A stretch of 32,000 bases of DNA from Bacteroides phage crAss002. A program made the translations under genes and the position numbers. This document shows positions 18,001 through 27,200 of the stretch, piece after piece. Below the pieces are notes generated by a model, which was not told the origin of the DNA, did no database searches, and saw nothing but the letters and a program-made list of their open reading frames with translations. The DNA lies in sequence record NC_055828.1. One strand, written 5' to 3'. Within the stretch, counting starts at the first letter, position 1, and each line of letters opens with the position of its first letter.

Positions 18001-21000
18001 ATTAATAACTTAGAATTTACAATAGTAAAGCCTTTTGCTAGTCTAGGAGATGTTAGTAGAAAACCGGTTAAAGTAAGTGCAATAGATGTACGTGTTAGTA
18101 AATTTGGTAACGTTAGTATTGACGGAATGGATGCTAAAGGCAATATAATTGCTGATGTTACTATTGATGAATTAAATGCCGCTATTGCTATTGGAGATGT
18201 TACTTACGTAGATACTAGTAAATCTGATGAATCTGCTACTACTGATACTAATGTTCTTGAATCAGCTATATCTGATAATGACTTAGAAGGTCAACGTCAA
18301 CGTATAGAAGAGATAAATTTAATTATAGATTTATATAATCAAATACAAGGTAATCAGATAGAAGGTAAGACATTTACTAGTCTTAATGATATGATGGTTT
18401 ATCTACAACAGTTAAATCCTAGAGCTGTTAGTTTGTATAATGATATTAAGATTCTAGCTAATCGTCAAATAGTAGACGGTAAGATAGTTAATGTTGATGA
18501 AGAGATTAAAACTCCTTCTGATATTATACAAGAAGCAAGTAAGACTTTAGATAAAGCTGTTGCAGAAGATAAACAGAATAGTAAAGACAATGGTTATTTC
18601 TTTAATCTAGTTAATCTAAATGATAGTAAGGTTTATTCTCGTATTGGTCAATTAAAGACTAATGATACAGTAAGTGTAGAACTAGATGAAAATGATAATC
18701 TTATTGTTAAGTCTCGTGGAATTAAGATAGGTGAGTTTCCTAAGATTGGCTATAATAATGGTAATGTTGAAGTTATAAATCAAGGTTGGAGATATACTGT
18801 TAGAAATAATAGTATAGATTTCATAACTCAACTCCAATCTATTATTGCTAGTGAAGAACCTTCTGCCAAAGAGTTTGTACAATTACTTAATAATATACGT
18901 CGTTTGTATCGTGTTCGTAATAATCCTGAAGTTGAAGGAACATTCGGACATCAGCTTAATGCTCTACAAGAGAATGGTCACTGGCAGAATTTAACTAGTT
19001 TATTCGGTGATACTCAAACTAATCTATTAGATAGGATTAAACATCTTAATAATATTATATTCTTTAATAATGCTCTTAATGTTAATCAATCTAACTTTAG
19101 TACCGTTGTTAACGAATCATTGACTAATTGGATGAATAAACTCAAGAAGTCTTATACTGACATTAATAACTTAAAGTCCTCTATTAGTAATACTAAGTCT
19201 AAGAAGAAACGTTTAGTTGTTGGTCGTACAAGTTCCGGTAGTGTTATTTATGCTAGAGATAAACAAGGTAATCCTATATATCGTAAGTTTGGAGACGTAG
19301 CTACTAGCGAAGCTACTGACGGTTATCGTCTAGTAGTAGGAGTTGACGGAGGAGTTGCCGATATTAAATCTAATAGTATTATCGCTGCTAGTCGTATTCC
19401 TAGAGGAGTAGTTGGTATGACTATTAAAGATTCGGAAGGTAGACTTATTGCAGTTACTAGTCGTGAGAATACTATGAGTAATAGTGAAACAGAAGCTACT
19501 GAATATACTAAGAGGTTTAATGAAGGATTAGATAAATTATTCCATTCATTAGTAGATGCTACTCTACAAGGCAATACTGACTTACATCAACAACTACTAG
19601 ATGAAATATCTAAGTATGTAGGTAAGCAAAAAGCTCTCTATGGTTATGAAGTTGTAGGTCGTGCATTTCGTCCTCTTAATAAGATTGGAGCTACTATTTA
19701 CTTTAATGTTGCTGATAGAAATGTAGCATTTGCTATACCGGGTGAAACTAAACCTAGAAGACTTATGGCTCGTATGCCTAATGGTTTTGTTCCTACTAAT
19801 AATCATGGTAACTTTAGTACTATGATGGAAGGAGTATATGCTACACTTACTCGTAATGTTATTAATTCAGCTATTCGTGGTGAATCTAATTTATTTAGAA
19901 TGGTAGACGGTAAACTACAAGCTAAGATACCTAATATACTTCAAGATGAATGGATGGATACAGGTTATAGTAGTTATGAAGAATTTGTAGCTAAAGACGG
20001 AGTATTAGTTACTGACTTAGGTAATATTACTGATAGTAAGGGTAATATCATTAGTAACTTTAATTATGTAGGAGATGTATATAATCGTAATATTACTCTT
20101 ATGAATCCTAGTCGTAGTGCTGGTCGTACTAATGCGGCTGACGCCGCTGTTTCCCCCATAGAGGAGCAGCAAGTTGTATCTCCTGTTGCTACACCTGACC
20201 CACTTGCTAGTCAAGATAGCACTCCTCAAGTAGGTACTCTTATGGAAGTTGCGCAAGCTAATACTACTAATCCTAATCTATTATCTGTTGTTTCGGCATT
20301 AGAATCTGCTGGCATTGCTCTTAATCCCGATATTGAAATAGTAGGTGAAAAAGGTAGATTTGCAGGAATAGTTGCTGGTGGTAATACTATTACTCTTACT
20401 AATAGATTCGATACTCTTGAACCTGAACGTAGAGTACTCACTCTTATACATGAAGGTGTTCATTATCTACTTAATGATGAACGTGCTAATATAGAGCAAT
20501 CATTTGGTGACCTATATGATAAGTTTAGTAGTTTCATTAATCAGGATTCTGCTTTAGTAGAAGAATACGGAAGATTCTTAAATAGTGATAAACCTAGAAG
20601 TGTAGCTATTGAGGAGTTTGTAGTTGAAGCTATTACTAATCGTACATTTGCTAGATTACTTGCTAGAATTAAATATGATTCTAAAACTAGTACTGAATCT
20701 AATAATCTATTTACTAAGATTATTGATGCTTTAGTAGAGATTATAGGTAAAGTTGGTAATATAGATAATACGTTACTTGGTGAAGTTCGCAATCGGTTAT
20801 CTACTATTGGATTAGAAACATCTGATACAGCTAGTACTACAAGTACTGTTCATGATGATGTATTCGACAGGGCAGAAGAAGAAGATACAGGCGTTCCTAC
20901 TGATGATGCTTTTGATATTCCTGATATAGACCTAGATTTAGATAGTGCTATAAGTGATAACTATCGACAAGTCGATAACTTCGATAGCTTAGTGGAAGGT

Positions 21001-21072
21001 TTAAGTAGTCGTCAAAAGGCTATTGTGAGCCATTTGTTTGACACTGGTGAGCTTAGTTTTGTATGTAGCTAA
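15010..21072 (+). CDS. Giant polyvalent virion-like protein (2020 aa) with C-terminal zincin-like metallopeptidase signature
   Basis: RRVLTLIHEGVHYLLNDERANIEQSF holds an HExxH motif (HEGVH, nt 20449-20463), followed by a downstream Glu-rich helix SVAIEEFVVEAITN. N-terminal hydrophobic Gly/Ala region LGQTIGTVIGDTVGGMGMLIDLATAGLW. Confidence 0.7.
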   Translation: MPNIFDDISVEKAPLDSGANSVNMAKEAPTVTKYKPDVTAQGDFMFRNLSGKEVFTGTEEDYHSLAKYGAEPNRYQSREELETLRAKNQSAWKQAGNALGQTIGTVIGDTVGGMGMLIDLATAGLWDDKPFSNPITRAGDAISDYVRDDLFPIYRENPDKAFDMNDFSGWFFSQVPSIASSLSLMVPGALLTKGVGAVGKGVAALGRNSSKVSRAMNWAKKATKLDNVYRANKLKLIAKDGITAIGMRLGENYQEARGVAEQIEGEALSLFTGMSDEEFQTWLDNNPDVANEAKERTKEEAALIVADKAAMRNFGYNAGNVFFDYMQLRAVNKALGQVNRAITPRIRYSQNQALDRIASTGVESASQTLGQAAKGTIKDFAGKINRFVNSSENLLLSELTEGIEEAINFVGQEEGTLYGRYLLGQAEQYNGAVSMDRIEKYLQNPQLYNAALWGVIGGITFGGAMSAINNRKGGNVEEKQRIAEINGREQVFNEYARQMKIIENGENPFQIERDAKGNPITYLDDGTISQDPTVGTTRYSKVSPEEQEDLRAAAKEKFTTTLTLNAIRSGNYELLEDYIEDPRLKKKLVDAGLADEAEYDRDTQSIKKTMRTVLNRYVNYSSALRSANIDDALLDVAISENIINAQEADLLNKRVERLNTIQSQLENTIPAINEILDPMAKNRMQLGILEQYRREVMSTYNSLKNSNNPLDKAQASQYLDISKIIESKVNDLRRGLSPMESLFLDNVRSVENIALGIEGSQEQNALIKKQIEELDENDVALFKQAGKDFNLGSLSKQVRAINSEYMDNMGQILLDEIRRDNYRYNIITTNEQAKEFEDTRKKEFEEAAKKLVKSAKKNLNDFVNVATEEELAKLDKALDNAFTEEESQDTSNKSLSNAVSILSNSENGKKDIASLREAITKRRNSLAAQSQAQQQNGNNQQQDSSTGETRSEATRQEEPAVKPTPKPKPKTAKEKKLKETLDKVVSKASSGVVNKANINNLEFTIVKPFASLGDVSRKPVKVSAIDVRVSKFGNVSIDGMDAKGNIIADVTIDELNAAIAIGDVTYVDTSKSDESATTDTNVLESAISDNDLEGQRQRIEEINLIIDLYNQIQGNQIEGKTFTSLNDMMVYLQQLNPRAVSLYNDIKILANRQIVDGKIVNVDEEIKTPSDIIQEASKTLDKAVAEDKQNSKDNGYFFNLVNLNDSKVYSRIGQLKTNDTVSVELDENDNLIVKSRGIKIGEFPKIGYNNGNVEVINQGWRYTVRNNSIDFITQLQSIIASEEPSAKEFVQLLNNIRRLYRVRNNPEVEGTFGHQLNALQENGHWQNLTSLFGDTQTNLLDRIKHLNNIIFFNNALNVNQSNFSTVVNESLTNWMNKLKKSYTDINNLKSSISNTKSKKKRLVVGRTSSGSVIYARDKQGNPIYRKFGDVATSEATDGYRLVVGVDGGVADIKSNSIIAASRIPRGVVGMTIKDSEGRLIAVTSRENTMSNSETEATEYTKRFNEGLDKLFHSLVDATLQGNTDLHQQLLDEISKYVGKQKALYGYEVVGRAFRPLNKIGATIYFNVADRNVAFAIPGETKPRRLMARMPNGFVPTNNHGNFSTMMEGVYATLTRNVINSAIRGESNLFRMVDGKLQAKIPNILQDEWMDTGYSSYEEFVAKDGVLVTDLGNITDSKGNIISNFNYVGDVYNRNITLMNPSRSAGRTNAADAAVSPIEEQQVVSPVATPDPLASQDSTPQVGTLMEVAQANTTNPNLLSVVSALESAGIALNPDIEIVGEKGRFAGIVAGGNTITLTNRFDTLEPERRVLTLIHEGVHYLLNDERANIEQSFGDLYDKFSSFINQDSALVEEYGRFLNSDKPRSVAIEEFVVEAITNRTFARLLARIKYDSKTSTESNNLFTKIIDALVEIIGKVGNIDNTLLGEVRNRLSTIGLETSDTASTTSTVHDDVFDRAEEEDTGVPTDDAFDIPDIDLDLDSAISDNYRQVDNFDSLVEGLSSRQKAIVSHLFDTGELSFVCS
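17838..17854 (-). repeat. Dispersed motif copy 8 (inverted)
   Basis: + strand CTCCTCTACGGGGGAAA; reverse complement TTTCCCCCGTAGAGGAG. Confidence 0.85.
20151..20175 (+). repeat. Dispersed motif copy 9, long form
   Basis: TTCCCCCATAGAGGAGCAGCAAGTT, identical to 14802-14826. Confidence 0.9.
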
Positions 21073-21091
21073 CTAAGATAAGCCTAGAGAC

Positions 21092-21156
21092 GAAAGTCCC
21101 GTAGAAAGCCTAAGAATGAGCCATTCTAAAGCCGCCTACGGGACTTTTCTGTTTTC
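21092..21156 (+). terminator. Terminator-like nested hairpin between the 2020-aa gene and the RNA polymerase gene
   Basis: Outer arms AAAGTCCCGTAG (21093-21104) and CTACGGGACTTT (21136-21147) are perfectly complementary over 12 bp, plus one G.U. Inner hairpin AGAATG-agc-CATTCT. Followed by TTTTCTGTTTTCT. Confidence 0.6.
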
Positions 21157-21241
21157 TCTATCTTACTATCGAGACGCTATATAAAATGCGAATTTCGGCA
21201 GAATTTTGCGGTCTACGGGCATTCGGTAGCCTTCGGAACGT

Positions 21242-24200
21242 ATGGTTTTGGACTATTCGATAAATATATTTGATAGTGTTGATAATAATGCTATCTTTGA
21301 TACTGTTAGTAATTACTTAATTAATAATATAAAGTATATGAGTTGTACTCCTAGTAATCCTAAATTAGATAAGCTATTAGAGCTTACTAATAATGATGTT
21401 AGAAAGTCTACCGAATATCTTGCTACTATCGAAGATACTAGTTTTCGTGAATGGTATCAAGAAAAGACTGGTAGAGATTTCAATGAAGAGAGTATTGATG
21501 CAAACACTGTTAATGCTATTATAGCATATAATAACAGAGAAACAATTAATACTCAAGATTATGTTCAGAACGTTCGTACTTCACGAACTGGTGTATTTGG
21601 TAATGATATAGCAAAGGAAGACCATGCTATTAATATCCTTAGTACTATTTATCTAAAGAGTCAAGGAAGTATTCGTAAAGCTCTTGCTAATAGAAAACGT
21701 AAAGGTGAGAAAGAAGTCCTAAAGGATAAAGCTGGTAACGAGTTAAGTCCTCAAGCTGCTGTAAAGTTAACTATGATTACTTATCTTAATCGACATCTTA
21801 AAGAGAATGATAAGAAACTTACACAAGAACAAAAGGCTTATATCGGTACTATTATTCGTAATCTTTACGATGGTGGTAATTATAACCGTAATGAGTTATT
21901 TGATATTGTTATTAATTCACCCGAAGTTATTAGTCTTAGCAAAGAGTTTGGCATAGACACTAACGAGGATTATGAAACTAATGATGATGCTAAAGAAGAT
22001 AGTGAACAAGGTAGTCGTCAAGAAGACCCTGAAACTATTGCTTCTTTACGTGCTGATTGGTCTGAACTAGCTGACCAACGTAAAGACATTGATAAGAATG
22101 TTAGTAAAGAAGTAAAAGAATGGTTTGCTCGTTTACCTAAAACTAATAGCAATTCTTTTATTAATGAAAAACCTGATACAGCTAGCGATACTTATTCAGG
22201 TATAGCTGAAAGTGCTGGATTCTCTAGTTCTTTTAAAGCATTGAACAACTATGGTAACTTCTCTAGCGTTGAAGCTATGGTAGAGAGTTTTCATACTATT
22301 GCTGAAAGGTTTGAAGAAGTATCTCATTTAGAATATGCCGCTCGTCTATTAGAAGATGAAGCTAATATTCAGATAAGAAATAAGATATTTACTCAACTAA
22401 AACAATCTATTTGGGAACGTAATGAAGTAATTCAAAGTGCAGACGGTTCTAATGTAGTGACTAAGAATCGTAATACTTTCCCTAAACTTAATCTGCAAAA
22501 TAAGATACTTAATAGTTTTGATTCTCTTGTTCATAATCCTTCTATTATGAATGGAGATGTTGCAGTATTAGAAGAACTTAAAAATAAATTATCCACATTA
22601 AACAATTCAAATACAAATGAAATACAAGAAATCTCGGAAGAGCTTGCGGCAATCTTTAATAAATATAACTTCGGCATCAATAGGCAGGGTGTTGTTAACT
22701 ACGTTCGTAACTTCGGTGATAGTCAACTTTCTAATATCACTAGTCTTATCAACGATTTGCTAGAATTTAATAAAGTTGTAGCTAATGCATCTAATATATT
22801 AAAGATAGATAATGAAGCACAACGTATATATTATGCAGGTGAATATAGTAAAGCTAAGAATGATGAAGAATATACAGTAGTTCCGTTTGATAAGTCTCAA
22901 CTACAATATAAAGGCGGTTATGCTAATAATATAGCTAATCGTATATCTGATAAATTTAAAGACTATCAAATAGTAAATTCTGAATTTAATAGTATTAATG
23001 CAGAGAACAATCTAGTTAGTGATATTCTAAAGAATAATTATATTAGTAAGTTCTTTGAAAGAATTAACGATAATCGTTATAATGATAATCCAACTGCTAA
23101 TGCTGAACTTCGTGACTATCTAGTTAAGTTTACTAATATTCCTCAATATCAATATAGTAATATACTTATTGAAAAGACTTTATCTAATGGTAAAGTAATT
23201 CCCGGTCTACTTCGTCTTACTGATACTGGTTACGAACTTACTGAATATTATCGTGAATTTGGTGCACAATTGTATAATGGTGTTAGTAATGAAGTTACAG
23301 GAAAGGCTAAGTCTTATAAAGATATTAATGCTCTTGAATGGGATATTATTACTCTAAATGAATACGCTAACAACGGAGATAACTATGAGATGGCTAAAGG
23401 AGTTAAGAAATCTAAGTTCTTTACCCAAACACCTTCTGATGCTCCAAAGACTTTCGTATTTAATAGTTATAAGTTAGATTATACTGGACTATTTAATGCT
23501 AATGGTTCTATTAATCATGGACATCCAATATATGTAGCTTATGCTAATATTTATGCTAAAGAACTAGCAGAAATGGCGCAAGCTATTAACTTCTTATTCG
23601 AGACAACTGTTAAAAATGGAGTAGTAACTATTGTGTCAGATGAAAACGGTAAACCTAAGATAAAAGAAGAGTTTAAAGATTTACGTAAATCAGAAGCTAG
23701 ACTTAATTATCATTATCGTAAAAGTATTCTTGATAGAAATGGCAATCCTACTGGTAATGTATTTAAGTTTAGAAGTTTACTTATTGATAAAGTTAAGAAT
23801 CTTAGTAGATATAATAGTGAGACAGCCAAAAGAGTAGATATGAATTGGCTGTTCGAGGAAGGCAATGTATTCTCACTCCTTTACGGGGGAAAGAATAGTG
23901 AAATATCGCTAATACAAGATGAGAATGGAGAGTATAATATTAGACTTACTGGTGGACTTCGTAATTCTGTATATAATTATATAGATAACTATATTAATTA
24001 TAGAATACAAGAAGCTATTGCTAAATATAGTTCTGATAAAGAGTTTGTAGATAAGTATAAGAATGCTAGTCAAGAATCATTTAATTCCTTCATTGCTGAA
24101 ATGGTTCTTAACTATGAGATTCAATATAATAATCTAAATGATATGTTCTTCGGAGATGAAGCATATTATAAAGATTCTCGTGATACTATTAAACGTAACA

Positions 24201-27200
24201 AAGAATATCAAGCCGGAGGATTAGCTTATGCAGGATATGATTTATATAATGTACAAAAGCATTTGGGAGATATAACAGTAACTCCTAATAAGACTATTAG
24301 TATAGATAGTAGTTTCAAATATATTACTCTTGAAGATGTTCAAAGTAGCGGTAAAGTTCTCGATGATTTAAAGAAGCAATTAGATATAGCTAATGTATCT
24401 AAAGAGACTAGAGCTTTTATACTTAAACAGTTCTCTAAAGATAAGTCAGAAGTAACAGATGCTCAATCGTTTATTACTCTTGATGAATTTGTTCGTAGAA
24501 TGTATCTACGTGGAGAGTATGATAGTTATAAAGATTTAATCGAAGCTCTTTATGACGAAACTAAGCCTATTGACAATGTTAAGTTAGGAGAATTATCTAA
24601 GAAGATACAAGTTCAGAAGAACTTCTATTATGATTTAGAAATAGATAATGATGCTAAGTTAGCTAATCCTATTCAGATTAAAAATGCAGAGTTTGTACTT
24701 ATACCTAGGTTCTTAGGTAATAGTGAACTTGGTGCTTTGGCTAAATATATGACTGATAATAATATTGGTCAGGTTAACTTTACTACTACTGAAAAAGCTA
24801 CTACTAATAGAGTACTAGAGTTTTGGGATTCTCATGGGAAATTCCCCTCTAAAGAGAGGTTGAAACAGTTTAACTTGGATATTCAAACTAAGTATAAAAC
24901 TGGTTGGTATTCTAATCTTTATACCCAGCAAGATATTCCTCAACATATGGATGGTGAGAATAAGGCAGGATTGCAGATTGTTAAGAAACTAATAGATAAT
25001 ATTGGTAATACTCCCGAAGGTCAATCTCTTATTAAAGACTTCTTCGATAACTTTACCGCTAATATTCAAGATAGTTTTAAAGATGCTGCTTCTCGTATTG
25101 GTGTAGAGATTGATGCTAAAGGTAATGTAGTATATGAAGGTAATCAAGCTAAGATAGATAATAATCAGTTTATATCTCTTATTAAGGATGAGTTAACTCG
25201 TAGAGGATTAGACAGTAATTATCGTAAGTATGCTGAAATAAATCCTGAAACTGGATTGCCTTATATGCCTGCTTGGACTAATCTAGTTCGTAGCAAGATA
25301 GAAAATATTGTAAATAGTATATTTACCAATCGTGTTACTCGACAAGTACTTCCAGGATTTCATGCTAGTCAAGTTTCAGATATTGGTATGACCGAACTAT
25401 CAGGTCGTAGTGATTTAAGAGACTTAATGCAATCAAGGGTAGAAGAAAAACATGGTTATTCTCTTGGTCGTAAACTAACATATCATAAAGATGGTAGTCA
25501 AATAGTAGAAATACTATTACCTAAATGGATGGTTAAGGCTTATAATACTTATGATAATGAAGGCAATCTTGTACATGAAGTAACTTTAGAGGACTTACAA
25601 AATGCTGGATTAGATACTATGATTGGTTATCGTATTCCAACAGAAGGTAAACAATCTATTGCTGTTATGAAAGTAGTAGGTTTATTAGATGAATCTCAAG
25701 GTTCTACTATTGTTGTTCCTGATGAATGGGTATTACAGACTGGTGCTGACTTTGATATTGATAGTATTTATGGTATATATCATACAGCTTATTTCGATAG
25801 AAATGGTAAACCTCATAAGGTCGAATATATAGATGGAGAAGATGAAGTAAGTACTTATCGCAGATATATTGGTTATATAAATTCTTTAATAGATAAAGAA
25901 ACTCGTAAAGCTACTAGTTCTGAATTTACTAAAGAAGAATTTAAAGAAGCTCGTAAAGCTGCAAGAGAAACTGTTCTTAAAGCTAATGAAGAATATGATA
26001 AATTCTTAACTGACCAAGTTAGAGATTTAATAGCTGAAACAGACGAAACATGGATATTACTTCCAAGAGAAATAAAAGATAATCTTACTATTACTTTTAA
26101 ATCAAAAGAATTAAAGTTTGGTGAAAGAGTAGATGCTATTGTAAGTAAGATGGACTTTTATGAAAGTGAATATGCTAATGATGAATATGTTGCTAAGTTT
26201 GCACAACAGTATCGTAATATTCAATCTGTTATTAATGAACAAAGAGAATTTTATCAAAATGTAAAAGATAACGCTGAACAACTAGCTATTGATTATGCTG
26301 ATGAAACTCGTAGAGCTAGATTAGAAGAAACTATTAATGCTAGAGCAGAAATAGTAGGAGCTATGTCTCTTGAAGAATTTAGTCAATTAACAGTAGCTCA
26401 ACAAAATACTCGTGATGCTCGTAACAATAAAATAGTAGATACATTTATTAAGATAATGAATCTACCAGTATCTATTGGTGAGAACTTATCTTCTAGTAAC
26501 TTTGAAGATATTAAAGCTGCAAAAGCTAATATCTTTGAAGGTTTATCAGAGACTTATCGTAATATTAATTCAGTAATTGCTCAAAATTGGTATCGTGATG
26601 CTAATATGTCCGGTGCACGTCTTAAAGCTATTTCTGTTAATCGTGACAACTTCGCCTCTATTAGTAACAAAGCTAAAACTATTGTTGACGGTGCACACGG
26701 TGGTTTTAGGTTTACTTATACATATAGCACAGAGAAAGAAGCAAAAGACGCACAAAGTAAACTAAGAAAACGTTTTAGAGATGTAACTAGAAAAGGTAAA
26801 GAAGTAACAGTAGACCATAATCAATTAGGTTGGAGTTACGATAATCTTAATATAGATAATCGTTTGATTACTCCTTATTCTTCTGAAACTACTGCTCTTA
26901 TTCTTGACGGTGTAAAAGAAGGTGGTGTTCCTAATGTAGACTTGTATACTTTTGACGTATATAAATCTATTGTAGATTGTGGTGCTAATTATGAAACATC
27001 TATTCTATTTATTAATCAACCAGTAATAACTGAACTTATTACTAGACAAAATGCTAATGATAATGTATTTGGAGAAACTGGATTTAATCCTCTTATTGGA
27101 TTAAGACGAGACATGTATATAAGATTAGCTAGAACTGTTGGTATTCCAGCTAATAGTATTACTAAAAAGACTCGTCTTAAAGATGTTAAGAAAATGCTTG

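Noticed and set aside
16405-20792. Multiple minus-strand ORFs of 66-105 aa inside the 2020-aa gene
   Set aside because: Antisense shadows produced by codon bias (T/I/S-rich translations); no start context or neighbouring support.
26570-26765. Opposing 61-aa (-) and 62-aa (+) ORFs inside the RNAP gene
   Set aside because: Alternative-frame shadows of the giant ORF.
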